Translations under genes and position numbers: made by a program | Notes under the pieces: model-generated | The model's input: the letters and a program-made list of their open reading frames with translations, nothing else | Told to the model about the DNA's origin: nothing | Database searches by the model: none | Part shown: piece after piece, positions 24,865 to 38,389 of the stretch | Layout: every line of letters starts with the position of its first letter | Position numbering within the stretch: the first letter of the stretch is position 1 | Origin: the human T2T-CHM13v2.0 reference genome, Homo sapiens | Assembly: GCF_009914755.1 (NCBI RefSeq) | Contig: NC_060928.1 | DNA: 64,000 nucleotides | Strand: one strand, 5' to 3'

Positions 24865-25890
24865 TTTGTAGATGCTGTAACACATTATTACAAACTTAGT
24901 GGCTTAAAACAATAAACAATGTACTATTAAACAGTTCTGAAGATTAAAAGTCTAAAATGTTCTAGCAAGGCTCCATTATTTCTGGAGGCTCCAGGGGAGA
25001 TTCTATTTCCATGCCTTTCTTAACTTCTAGAAGCTGCCCACATTTGATGAGTTCTGGTCTTGCATCACTCCAACCTTCGTTTCCATATTCACATCTCCTT
25101 TGATTATACTACTCCTGCTTCCCTGTTATCAGGACACTTGTGATTGCATTGGGCCCATGCATTCGTCTATTCTTATATTGCTATAAGGAAAGACCTGCCA
25201 CTGCGTAATTTATATTTAAAAAAAGAGGTTCAATTGACTCACAGTTCTGCAGAACTGGGAAAGCCTCAGGAAACTTACAATTATGGTGGAAGGTATCTCT
25301 TCACAGGGATGCAGGAGAGAAAATGAGTGTGAGCAGGGGAAGTGCCAGATGCTTATAAAACCATCGGAGCTCATGAGAACTCACTCACTATCATGAGAAC
25401 ACCATGGAGGAATCTGCCCCCATGAGCCAATTAGCTCCACCTGGTCCTGACTTTGACGCATGGGGATTATGGGTATATTAGTCTGTTCTTTTGCTGCTAG
25501 TAAAGACATAACCAAGACTGGATAGTTTATAAAGGAAAGAGGTTTAATGGACTCACAGTTCCACATGGCTGGGGAGCCTCACAATTATGGTGGAAGGCAA
25601 AGGAGAAGCAAAGGCACATCTACATGGCAGCAGGCAAGAGAGAGTGTACAGAGAAACTCCCCTTTATAAAACCATCAGATCTTCTGAGACTTATTCACCA
25701 TCCCCAGAACAGCATGGGAAAGACCCACCCCCTTGATTCAATTACGTCCCCCCGAATCCCTCCCAAGACTTGTGGGAATTATGGGAGCTATGATTCAAGA
25801 TGAGATTTTGGGTGGAGACACAACCAAACCATTTCGGCTCACTTATATAATCCAGAATCATCTTCCCATTTTAAGACCCTAATTTATTCA
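24865..25890 (-). mobile_element. MLT1 LTR interrupted by a composite MST (25158-25472) plus THE1 (25473-25836) LTR
   Basis: MLT1 motifs (AAACTTAGTGGCTTAAAACAA; GGAGGCTCCAGGGGAGA) resume at 25837 (ATAATCCAGAATCATCTTCCC); near-TSD GCCCA/GCTCA. Confidence 0.8.
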
Positions 25891-26185
25891 CATTTGGCTT
25901 CAAACAATAGAAATTTATTTCTTGCTTATGGAAAATACAAAGTTGATTCTTCTGATTGGTAGGCAATTCTCCAGGAAGAAGTGATTTAATGATGCAGGTT
26001 TCTTCTACATCATGGCTCAATTATCATTAAAAGAACATTTCCAAGTTCACCAGAGAAGGATCATGAAGGAAACAGCACATCCAGGAATGCTTTAGTGGAC
26101 CAGGCATTGATGTAATGTTTATCACTTCCGCCCACATGTAAGGGACATGAATAATTCAATCACATGCCTACATATAACAGTAAAA

Positions 26186-26304
26186 TGCCAGGCATGGTGG
26201 CTCTGGCCTGTAATCTCAGAATTTTGGGAGGTTGAGGAAGGTGGAGTCCAGGAGTTCAAGATCAGCTTGGGCAACGTGGTGAAACCCCATCTCTACAAAA
26301 TACA

Positions 26305-26337
<33 letters not shown>

Positions 26338-26537
26338 AAAGAAACAAACAAAAAAACCAAAGTAATAAATTAGCGTGGCATGGTGGAGTGCTCCTCTAAT
26401 CCCAGCTACTTGGGATGCTGAGATGGGAGGATCGCTTGAGCCCAGGAAGATCAAGGCTACAGTGAGCCGTGATTGCACCACTGCACTCCAGCCTGGGCAA
26501 CAACGTTAGACCCCATTTCAAAAAACAAAAAAGAATA
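26186..26537 (+). mobile_element. AluJ with expanded central A-rich linker, inserted in an old MLT1 LTR (about 25900-26620)
   Basis: GGAGGATCGCTTGAGCCCAGG and AAGGCTACAGTGAGCCGTGAT are AluJ-like; about 75-nt A-rich middle. Confidence 0.9.
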
Positions 26538-28981
26538 AACTATAAAGCTAGGGCATATAGACTAGATATGTATCTAGCAGAAAGAGACAATCAATTTGGT
26601 AAACTGATATCTGGCTTGAGCTGGTCAACAGGTTGACCAGTAAAAGAAAGGACATTTCAACAACTTTTAAATGAATGCTAGTTTAATTATATAATAAAAA
26701 CATAAATAGAAAATAAGATGAATGAATTCAAAATTTCAGTATTATGAGATAAAGCGTTAGTTTAAGGCTAAAATAAATATCTTTAAAATCACCACAGGAT
26801 AACCATGTTTAGCTGTTTAGTATTGAGTCCCAACTGGTGTAAGCATGCCCAGGAATACAGATAGACATGGATAAAGAAAATATTTCCTTCTTTAAAGGAT
26901 AGTTTCATAGAAGCTCAGAGTTTAAAGAAGTAATACAATTTTCAAAAATATTATATTACCATATAGGATTAAAATTTACCCGCTTATTTAATATAGAGAA
27001 ACTGCTAACTAATTAACTCATTTTATGAGGAAATTTTTATGTGAGAATTATTTTTTTATTTTCCTGAAGAGGAATCATTTGTTTCCATTTGCAGATTCCA
27101 AATGGACTCAATTAACACTCATTTACAATCTATCTAAACTGGGATATTTTTCAGCCACCTTGGAAATCAATGATGATTTTGTCTCCTAACTCATAATCTA
27201 CTAGTCTAAGATTACTGCTCTGTTTAAATAATTTCTCCAACAGCAATGGATTGAGGAGACATCATGTAACTCATGAATAGTTGCTCTTCCTATTCATAAT
27301 AATTTTGTAAGTTGCTTTGTAAATTACTTCCAGGAGAGAAAACACATGACTTCCTTTGACAGTGGTATCTCCATTGTTCAGAACAGTGGAACTAAACCTG
27401 AATGAACAGCATGACATGTTGTTTCTGCTGTCAGTCTATATACGTGTTCTTGGAATCTTCAAGATTTGCACAGGTTTACATGCAAGAGAAGAATATTTTG
27501 TAATCCAGTAGAATTAGGATACTGTAGGCATATATTTTTAAAATGTATGTAACAATTGTCTGTGACACCTTCTTTTCTCTACTAACACAGCAACATCTGA
27601 CAGTTCATTAAAAAGAAAACCAGAAAATGAACCACAGTAGTGAGGACTGTATTAATTTGGTATTTATATTCATTATATAATAATACTAATCCAATTATAT
27701 GGAACAAAGTTTGAAAGAAAAAAATGACTGCAAGGATTGGCACAATGTATGAAAGATAAGAGAAACTGGCGTAAGTCTTTAAAGAGTATTTCCCTTTGCA
27801 ATGAATACTCAATGTAAGGAAAAATTTAAACATTAAATGATTATATAAAAGCATGAGGTTTCTATTTTCCTCTGGGTTTTGTAAAAGAAACATGAAGAAC
27901 TGTTGTGAAAATTGTGACAATCTAGTAATTTTTTCTCATTTCAAGTAATACTCCATACTTTTCCTTCTCTTATTTTTACTACTACTTCCTTATTATTTAT
28001 GTGCATAATTCTCCTGATAAAACCTTTGCTGTTTTCACTATACATGGTGCTGGGGCAGTAAATGTTTTCTCTCCTAATGTGTCCCTATGTGTTATTTTAA
28101 AATCGCTATAATGAGCCAAAACATGAAATTTACTGGTCATTTTCTTTATTCTGAAATTATGAAATATTCCATGATGTGTATCAAATTTATATTGTAGTAC
28201 AAAGAAAAAGAAAATGAGTCCAAAAAGGCAATTCTGACATTACATTTAGAAACTGGATTTAGAGTATTTCATCAGCAGTGATAAACATTCTAGTAGTATT
28301 TTGAGGCTTATTATTTAATATGAGGTAAGGCATATGAGAAGAGCATCCTTTTGCTGGCACAACTTTTAAAAAGCATTCAGAAGCACTGCAATAAATTAAA
28401 TAGGAGAAATAATATAGATGCATTGTTTTTACTCATTCATTTATTTTCAGCACATACCCAATCAACATTTTAGTTAATGAAACAGATTTTTCACCAATGA
28501 AGTCACAGCCTCAATAAATTCAGAGTTCAGCACTGCCACTGTGTAGAAATGAGGGAATCAACTTAGACACATTTCTACACATGGTCAAATTTATTGTCTG
28601 ATGCTGTTTCCTGTTCTCCAGTTACATTCTATTAGTGGCATTCCATGAAAGAAAAACTCTGATGTGGGTGTCAAATAATTGATACTAAATGGAAAGAGTT
28701 TCTCTGGGCTATGTAAAGTCTAACTTGGGAGAGGCAATTGATACGATATAATGTGTGGTAAACTCCAATAACAACAGGCAATACTCATGAAATTCTGTGC
28801 AAGAAGAATCTATTTGGCTGATATGTCTGTTCTGGCATTAGAAGATGACTAATACTTGTCAGACACATAGATATAATTTGGCTAACTCTCCTTAATAATA
28901 TATAGATTGAGTTCACCTGGATGAAAAAAAAATGTTTTCACCACTAACAATGTGGCCTTAGACAAATTGCTTAACCTCTCT

Positions 28982-29272
28982 GTAGTAGTCCATTCTCAAA
29001 TTGCTATAAAGAAATACCGGAGACTGGGTAATTTATAAAGAAAAGAGGTTTAATTGGCTCGTGGTTCCACAGACTGTACAGGACTTCCTGACCTGGAATA
29101 TTGGACTCCAAGTTCTTCAGTTTTGGGACTCTGACTTCCTTGCTCCTCAGCTTGCAAAAGGTTTATTGTGGGACCTAACCTTGTGATTGTGTGAGTCAAC
29201 ACTACTTAATAAACTCCTGTTTGTACATATGTCTCTCCTATTCTGTTCCTCTAGAGAACCCTGATTAATTGC
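28982..29272. mobile_element. MST LTR end fragment (28982-29083, minus) fused to an MLT2A LTR 3' part (29084-29272, plus)
   Basis: TTGCTATAAAGAAATAC..GAGACTGGGTAATTTATAAAG; GACTCCAAGTTCTTCAGTTTTGGGACTC...CTCTAGAGAACCCTGA. Confidence 0.8.
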
Positions 29273-32200
29273 AGATGCTATCTCATCATGGTTTTGATTT
29301 GCATTCCTCTGATGAGCAGTGATCTTGAGCATTTTGTCATATTATTGTTGGCTGTTTGTATTTTTCTGAGAAGTATTTGTTTATGTCCTTTGCCCACTTT
29401 TTAATGGGGTTGTTTTTTCACTGGCTAAGTTCCTTATATATTCAGCATATTAGACTTGATGGATGCATAGTTTTCAAATATTTTCTCCCATTCTGTGGGT
29501 TGTTATAGTTTCTTTTGCTGTTCGAAAGCTCCTTAATTTAATAATGTCCTTTTTGTCAATTTTTGTTCTTGTTGCAATTGATTTTGAGGACTTACATATA
29601 AATTCTTTGCCAAGGCTAACAATAATAATAGCATTTTCTAAGTTTTCTTTTAGCATTTATAGTTTGAGGTCTTATATTTGAATCTTGAAAAAATCTTGAG
29701 TTTTTTTTTTTTTTATGGTGAAAGGTAGGGGTCCAGTTAAGTTCTTCTGCCAGTTATTTCAGGACCATTTATTGAATAGGGGATCGTTTCTCCATTGCTT
29801 ATTTTTGTCAGCTTTGTCAATAAGATTAGATATTTTCAGGTGTATGGCTTTGTTTCTGGGTCTTCTATTCTGTTCTATTAGTCTATGTGTCTGTTTTTGT
29901 ACCATTATCATGTTTTTTGGTTATCGTATAGTTTGACGTCAGGAAATGTGCTGCTTCCAGCTTTGTTCTTTTTGGTTAGGATTGCTTTCTCTATTTGGGC
30001 TCCTTTTTGGTTCCATATGAATTTTAAAATAGTTTTTTTAATATATTTCTGTGAAAAAAGACATTGATAGTTTAACAGGAATAGTATTGAATCTATAGAT
30101 TGCTTTGGGAAGTATGGCCATTTTAATGATATCAGTTTTTCCACTCCATGAGCATTGAATATTTTTCCATTTATGTCATCTCTGGTTTCTTTCAGCAGTG
30201 TTCTGTAGTTCTCTTTGTAGATATCACTCACCTTTTTGGTTAGATTTATGCCTAGGTATTTGTGTGTATTTGGGAGGAGTGCTGTTTTGTGGGACTGTGT
30301 TTTTGATTTGGCTCTCAACTTGAACATCACTTGCGTATTGAATTGCTGTTGATTTTGTATATTGGTTTTGTATCTTGAAATATTTCTGAAATCACTTTTA
30401 AGGTCCAGTAGAATTTTCTAGGTATAGAATTATATCTTCAGTGAAAAGAGATAGTTTGACTTCTTCCCTTTCTACTTGAATTCCTTTAATTTCTTTATCT
30501 TACCTGATTGTTATGGCTGGGACTTCCATTACTATGTTGAATAGGAGTGGTAAGAGTGAACATCCTTATCTTGTTCCAGTTTTATTGGAGAACACGTCCA
30601 GCTTTTTGATGTTCAGTATGATATTGGCTGTGGGTTTGTCAGACAGGGCTCTTATTATTTTGAGGTATGTTCTTTCAATGACTAACTCAATCAGAGTTTT
30701 TAACTTGAAGGGATGTTTAGTATTATCAAAGGCTTTTTCTGCATCATTGAGATGATCATGTGGTTTAGTTTTTTATTTCTGTTTATGTGATGAATCATAT
30801 TTATTGATTTGTATATTTGAACTAACCTTGCATCCTAGGGATAAAGTCTACTTGATTGTCAGGGATTAGCTTTTTGATGTGTTACTGGATTTTGTATTTA
30901 TGTTTATGTGATGAATCATATTTATTGATTTGTGTATGTTGAACCAACCTTGCATCCCAGGGATAAAATCTACTTGACTGTGGGGGATTAGCTTTTTGAT
31001 GTGCTACTGGATTTGGTTTGCTAGTATTTTGTTGAGGATTTTTGTGTCTATGTTCAGCAGCAATTTTAGCCTGATATCTTCTTTTTTGCATGTGTCTTTG
31101 CCAGGTTTTAGCATTAGGGTGATGCTGGCTTTGTAGAAAGAGTTAAGGAGTTCCTCCTCTTTGATTTTCTGGAATAATTTCAGTAGAATTGATACTAGCT
31201 CTTCTCTGTATGTCTGATAGAGTTCAGCTGTGAATCCATCTGGTCCAGGGCTTTTTATGGCTGTTAGATTTTTTATGACCAATTCCATTTCTGAATTAGG
31301 TATTAGTCTGTTAAAGGTTTGAATTTCTTCCTGATTCAATGTTGGGAGATTGTTTGTTTGCCAGAATTTATACATCTTTTCTGGATTTTCTAGTTTGTGT
31401 ACATAGAGATGTTCACAATAGACTCTGAAGATCTTTTGTAATTCTATGGTATCTGTTGTAATGTCACCTTTGTCATTTTTTATTGTGCTTATTTGGATCT
31501 TCTCTCTCTTTTTCTTTGTTAATCTAAGAAGCAGGCTATCAATTTTGTTTATCCTTTCAAAAATCAGCTTTTGTTTTCTTTAATCCTTTTTAAGTATTTT
31601 TGGGTCTAAATTTCATTTAGTTCTGTTCTGATTTTATTTATTTATTTTCTTCTGTTAGCTTTTGGGTTACTTTGTTCTTATTTTTCTAGTTCTTCTAGGT
31701 GGGATGTGAGATCATTAATTTAAGATTTTTATAACTTATTGATGTAGCTGCTTAGAGATATAAACTTTCCTCTTAACATTTTTTTGGCTGAATTCAAGAG
31801 ATTTGGGTATGTTGCTTCTTGATATGTTTTCATTTATTTCAAATATATATTTAAAAAAGATTTCTGCCTTCATTGTTTACCAAAAAGTCATTCAGAAGCA
31901 AGTTGTCTAATTTCTATGCAATTGTGTGGTTTTGATAGATCTTCTTAGTATTGACTTCTATTTTTATTCCAATGTGGTCTGAGAGTATGGTTGGTATGAT
32001 TTTGATTTTTTTTTGAATTTTGAGACTTGCTACATAGCTGAGCATATGGTTGATCTTATAGCATGTTTGGTGTGCAGATGAGAAAAATATATATTCTGTG
32101 GTTGCTGGAGGGAGTAGTTTGTAAATGCCAACTAGTTCTAATTGGTCAAGTATCAAATTAAAATCCAGAATTTGTTAGCTTTCTGCCTCGACATTCTGTT

Positions 32201-33760
32201 TAATGCTGTGACTAGGGTGTTGAAGTCCACTTATATAATTGTTTGGCTTTCTAAATCTTTTCATAGCTCTAGAAAGAATCTTATGAATCTAGGTGCTCCA
32301 GTGTTGTGTGCATATATATTTGGGATGGTTAAGTCTTCTTGATGAATTGAACCCCTTATCATATGTAGTGTCTTTGTTTGCCTGTTTTTAATGTTTTTCA
32401 TTAATGTCTGTTTCATCTGCTATACAAACAGCAAGCTCTGCTTTGTTTGTTTGTTTTCTGTTTGCATGATAGAACTTTTTTCAAGCCTTTACTTTGAGCC
32501 TATGGATGTCATTACATGTGATGGATCTCTGAAAGATAGCAGAGAGATGGGTCTTGCTATTCTTTCCAACTTGCCACTCTACCTTTTAAGTGTGTCACAT
32601 ATACCATTTCAAGGTTAATATTGATATGTGAGATGCTGAACCTATCATGAAGTTGCTAGCATGTTGCTTTGTAGTTTTTATTGTGTACTTGCTTTATAGT
32701 ATCTATGGACTATATACTTTGGTGTGTTTATGTGGTAGAGGTATCTCTTTTTGTTTTTCAATGTTTAGAACTCCCTTCAGAATCTCTTGTAAGTTTGGTC
32801 TAGTGGTAATGAATTCTCTTAGTAATTGCTTGTCTGGAAAAGATTTTATTTCTCCTTTGCTTATGAAGCTTAGTTGGGTGGGATATGAAATTCATTGCTG
32901 GAACTTCTTTTTCTTTCATTTTTTTTTTCAGAATGCTGAAAATAGGCCTTCAATCTCTTCTGGCTTTTAATGTTTCTTCTTAGCAGTCCACTATTAACCT
33001 GACAGGGTTACCTCTGTATGTGATCTGACTCTTTTTTGTAGCTGCTTTTAAGATTTTACCTTTGGCACTGACTTAGACACTCTGGTGACTATATGCCTTG
33101 GTGATGTTCATTTTGTATACTTTCTTACAGGTGTTTTCTGGATTTCTTACACCTAGATGTGTACCCCTCTAGCAAGATTAGGAATTTTTTTGATTAATCC
33201 CTTAGATAAATTTTCTAGGTTGATACTTTTTCTTATTCTCTCCAAGGAATGCCAATAATTTGGTTGCTTTACATTATCCTTTTTCTCGAAAACTTTATTC
33301 ATTTTTTTTTCTTTCTGTGTGACTGGGCTAGAACAAAAGATTGTCTTTCAAGCTCTAACATTATTTCCTCTCCTTTGTCTAGTCTATTGATAAAGTTTTC
33401 AGTTGTGTTTCAAAATTCCTTAAGTGAATTTTTCTGTTCCAGAAGTTCCAATAGATTTCTCTTTAAAATGTTTATCTCTTTCTTCATTTCCTGGGTTGCT
33501 TTAAAGGTTTCTTTGTGTTAATTTTCAACCTTGCCCTAGATCTCATTGAGCTTCCTAGTAATCCATGCTTTGAATTCTTCATCTGTTATTTTTGAGTTTC
33601 CATTTTCTTTAGGGAGCATTACTGGAGAGGTGATATGATTCTTTGGTGGTATCACAACATTCAGATTTTACATAGTACCATAATTTATTTTCCTTTCTTC
33701 CTTTCCCTATAATAATATTGAAGTTTCCTTTGTTGTTGCTTTTTTGCCCCCTCCCAACCC
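29273..33760 (-). mobile_element. Long L1 (L1PB/old L1PA) with ORF1 and ORF2 remnants
   Basis: ORF2 peptides [25 protein letters not shown] and YIFFSSAHQT; ORF1-like region 32950-33680. Confidence 0.93.
30774..31015. repeat. 121-bp two-copy tandem duplication inside L1 ORF2
   Basis: TGTTTATGTGATGAATCATATTTATTGATTTG begins at 30780 and again at 30901. Confidence 0.92.
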
Positions 33761-34660
33761 CATGTTAGTTCATTCTTACATTGCTATAAAGAAAAATCTC
33801 AGATTGGGTAATTTATAAAGATAAAAGTTTTAATTGGCTCATAGCTCCATAGTCTGTAAAGGAAGCATGATGTTGGCATCTGCTTGGCATCTGCTTTGCT
33901 TCTTCAGAGGCCTCAGGAAACTTACAATCATGAAGGAAGATGAAGGGGGAGCAGGCAAATCACATGGCTAAAGCCAGGGCAAGAGAGAGTGATGGGTGAG
34001 ATGCCACACACTTTTAAATGACCAGATCTCACAATAACTCACTCAATATCACAAGAGCAGTACCAAGGAGATGGTGATGAATCATTCATGAGAAACTTCC
34101 GTCATGATCCAGTCACTCTCACCAGGCCCCACCTCCAATACAGGGAATTACAATTGAACACAAGATCAAATATGTATCCATCTACCTTGGTTACAGCCAG
34201 CTCTTACCCACAAGTACCATCTATTAGCCTGTGGGTCAAATTGTACATCCCAATATAAAACCAGTTGACTGATGTACACAGGGCTATAGAAGCAAAGCCA
34301 AAAAACTCTAAACAACATTCTGTACAATCCACATCCCCTAGCAAAGGGGTGATATAGTTTTGAATATTTGTCCCTGACAGAATCTCATGTTGAATTGTAA
34401 CCCCCAGTATTGAAGGTGAGACATGATGGGAGTGATTGCATTATGAAGGTAGTGTTTCATGCATGGTTCATTGCCATCTCCTTAGCACTATCCTCATAAT
34501 AATTATTAAGTTCTCATGAAATCTGCTCATTTAAAAGTGTGTGGCTCCCTCCCCTCATTCTCTCTTGCTCCTGTTCTGTGCATGTGAAGTGCCTGCTCCC
34601 TTGTCGCCTTCCACAGTGATTGTAAGTTTCCTGAGGCCTACCCAGAAGCCAAGCAGATTC
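33761..34660. mobile_element. Two oppositely oriented partial MSTB-like LTRs (33761-34166 minus; 34350-34660 plus) around an L1 5'UTR-like piece
   Basis: MST motifs GAGGCCTCAGGAAACTTACAATCATG and TGTAAGTTTCCTGAGGCC. Confidence 0.75.
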
Positions 34661-34869
34661 CAAGGCTACAGTAACCACAAGAGCATGTTACTGGTATAAG
34701 AGTAGACACATAGACCAATATAACAGAACAGAGAATGCAAAAATGAAGCTGCACACATCAGTTCAAATGGTTTTTGTTAAACAGTCAAAAAATAACAGAT
34801 GTTGATGAGGCTACAGAGAAAAGGGAACACTTACACACTGTTGGTGGGAATGTAAATTATTTTGGCCGC

Positions 34870-37800
34870 TGTGTTAGTCTGTTTTCACACTGCTATAAAG
34901 AACTGCCCCAGACTGGGTAATTTATAAAAGAAAGAGGTTAAATTGACTCACAGTTCCACATGGCTAGGGAGGCCTCAGGAAACTTACAATCATGGCAGAA
35001 GGCAAAGGTGAAGCAAAGCACTTTCTTCACAAGATGGCAGGAGGGAGAATGAATGCAGGAGGCACTGCCACACACTTATAAAATGATTAGATCTTGGGAA
35101 GACTCACTCACAATTACAAGAACAGCATGGAAGAAACCGATCCCATGATTAAATTACCTCCGCCTGGTCTCTCCCTTGACATGTGAAGATTACGGGGATT
35201 ACAATTCAAGGTGAGATTTTAGGTGAGGAAACAGCCAAACCATATCATTCTGCCTCTGGCCCTGCTGAAATACCATGTCCTCAATACTTTTCCATCAATT
35301 CTCAAAAATCTTAATTTATTCAAGCATTAGCCCAAATTCCAAGTCTTAAGTCTCATCTGAGACAAGGCAAGTCCCTTCTGTCTATGAGCCAGTAAAATCA
35401 CAAGCAAGTTAGTCACATCCTAGATACAATGGGGATACAGGCATTGAGTAAACACACCCATTCCAAATGGGAGAAATTGCCCAAAACGAAGGGCCTACAG
35501 GCCCCATGCAAGTCTGAAATCCAGTGGTGTAGTCGAATCTTAAAACTGCAAAATGATCTCCTTTGACTCTAAGTCTCACATCCAGGTCATGCTGATGCAA
35601 GAGATGGGCTGACATGGCCTTGGGCATTTCTGCCCCTGTGGCTTTGCAGGGTACAGGCCTCCTCGGCTGCTTTCATGGGCTGGCGTTCAGTGTCTGTGGA
35701 TTTTTCAGGCATAGGGTGCAAGCTCTTGGTGGATCTACCATCTGGAGTCTGGAGAACCATGCCCCTCTTCTCACAGCTCTACTAGGCAGTGGCCCAGTGG
35801 GGCCACTGTGTGGGGGATCCAACCCCCATATCCTTTCCACACCGTTCTAGCAGTCGTTCTCCATGAGGGCTCCACCCCTGCAGCAAATGTCTGCCTAGGC
35901 ATCCAAGTGTTTCCATACATCCTCAGAAATCTAGGCAGAGGTTCCCAACCTCAATTCTTGATTTCTGTGCACCTGCAGGCCTAACGCCATGTGTAAGCCA
36001 CCAAGGCTTAGGGCTTGCACCCTCTGAAGCAATGACCTGAGCTGTACATTGGCCCCTTTTAGCCACAGCTGGGATGCAGGGCACCAAGTCCTGAGACTGC
36101 AAAAAGCAGCAAGGGCCTGGGCCTGGCCACAACACCAATTTTTTCATAGATCTCTGGACCTATGATACAAGGGGCTGCTGCGAAGACCTCTGACATGTCC
36201 TGGAGACATTTTCCCCATTGTCTGGGTGATTAACATTTGGCTTCTCCTTTCTTATGCAAATTTATGCAGCAGGCTTGAATTTCTTCTCAGAAAATGGGTA
36301 ATATGGTTTGGCTGCGTCCTCACCTAAACTCTCATCTCGAACTGTAATCGGAATTGTAATCCCACATGTGGGGGGAAGGACCTCATGGGAGGTGATTAGA
36401 TAATGGGGGTGGCTCCCCCATACTGTTCTCATGATAGTGAATGAGTTCTCACAAGATCTGATTGTTTTTATAAGGGACTGTGCCCCTTTCACTCTGCATT
36501 TCTCTCTCCTCTCACCACGTGAAGAAGGACATATTTACTTCCCCTTCTGCCATCATTGTAAATTTCCTGCTGCCTCCCCAGCCATGCAGAACAGTGAGTC
36601 AATTAAACCTATTTTCTTTATAAATTACCCAGTGTCACATATGTCTTTATAGTCAGGTGAGAATGAACTAAAATAGTAAATTCGTGCCACAGCAGGTGGA
36701 ATGCTGCCATAGGATACCCCAAAATGTGAAAACAATTTTGGAATTGGTAACAGGCAGAGGCTGGAACAGTTTGGAGGGCTCAGAAGAAGACAGGAGGATG
36801 TGGGAAAGTATGGAACTTCCTAGAGACTTGAATGGCTTTAACCAAAATGCTGATAGTGATTTGGACAATGAAGTCCAGGATGAAGTGGTCTTAGATGGAG
36901 ATGAGGAACTTGTTGGGAACTGGAGTAAAGGTGACTCTTGCTATGCTTTAGCAAAGGGATTGGTGACTTTTGCCCATGCCCTAAAAATCTGTGAAAGTTT
37001 GAACTTCAGAGAGATGATTTAGGGTATCTGGCAGATTTGGGGGGATTGTTGGAAAGGAATGATTGTGTTTTGAAATATGAGGACATGAGATTTGGGTGGG
37101 GCCATGGGCAGAATGATATGGTTTGACTGTGTCCCCACCCAAAATCTCATCTTGAATCGTAATCAGAATTGTAATCCCCACATGTGTGGGAGCTCATTAA
37201 ATGATGGGGGCAGTCTCCCAAGCTCTTCACATGATAGTGAGCTCTCAAAATATCTCATGGTTTTTTCAGGGGATTTTCCCTCTTTGCTCTGCTTTTCTCT
37301 CTCCTGATGCCATGTGAAAAAGGATGTGTTTGCTTTCCCTTTGCCATGATTGTAGGTTTCCTGATATCTCCTCAGCTGTGAAGAACTGTGAGTGAATTGA
37401 ACTACTTTTTAAAAATAAATTATGCAATCTCAGGTATGTCTTTATAGCATCATGAGGACAGATTAACACAATGGGTTTTTCTTTTCTATTGCACCAGCAG
37501 GTTGCAAGTTTTTCAAACTTTTATGCTCTACTTCTCTTTTAAACATAAATTCCAACTCCAGACCATCTCTTTGTGAATGCAGAAAACTGAATGTTTTAAA
37601 GAGCACCCAAGTCATATCATGAACATTTTGTTGCCTAGAAATTTCTTCTGCCAAATACCCCAAATCATCTCTTTCAAGTTCAAAGTTCCACAGATCTAGG
37701 GCAAGGGCAAAATGCCACCAGCCTCTTTGCTAAAGCATAGCAAAAATCACCTTTATTCCAGTTCCCAACAAGTTCCTTATCTCCATCTGAGACCACCTCT

Positions 37801-38389
37801 GCCTAGACTTCATTGTCCTTATTACTATCAGCATTTTGGCTAAAACCATTTAACAAGTCTTTAAAAAGTTCTAAACTTTCTCACATCTTTCTTTCTTCTT
37901 CTGAGCCTTCGAAACTGCTCCAACCTCTGCCTGTTACCCAGTTCCAAAGTCATTTCCACATTTTCATGTATCTTTATAGAAGTACCCCCACTCTACCAGT
38001 ATCAATTTACTGTATTAGTTCGTTCTCACACTGACATAAAGAACTGCCTGAGACTGGGTAATTTATAAAATAAAAAGGTTTAATAGACTTACAGTTCTGC
38101 ATGGCTGGGGAGGCCTCAGGAAACCTACAATTATGGCAGAAGGCAAAGAGGAAGCAGGGCACCTTCGTTACATGGCAGTAGGAAGGAGAATAAATGCAGG
38201 AGGCACTACCACACACTTATAAAACACATCAGATCTTGTGAGAATTCACTCACTATCACAAGAGCTGCATGGGGGAAACCACTCCCATGATTCAAATACC
38301 TCCACTTGATCTCTCCCTTGACACATGAGAATTATAGGGATTACAATTCAAGATGATATTTTGCACTGGGACACAGCCAAACCATATCA
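34870..38389 (-). mobile_element. Two-LTR THE1D/MSTA element (LTRs 34870-35247 and 38011-38389) containing a nested element
   Basis: Matching LTRs with AATGCAGGAGGCACT motif; the internal sequence resumes at 37471; degenerate TSD GCCGC/GCAAG. Confidence 0.9.
36299..37470 (+). mobile_element. Nested, internally deleted THE1D/MST element (LTRs 36299-36675 and 37114-37470)
   Basis: Exact TSD ATGGG (36294-36298 and 37471-37475); both LTRs share GAATTGTAATCCC; internal region only about 440 bp. Confidence 0.92.

Noticed and set aside
27582-27920. 112-aa hydrophobic ORF
   Set aside because: AT-rich compositional artefact; no recognisable domain or exon structure
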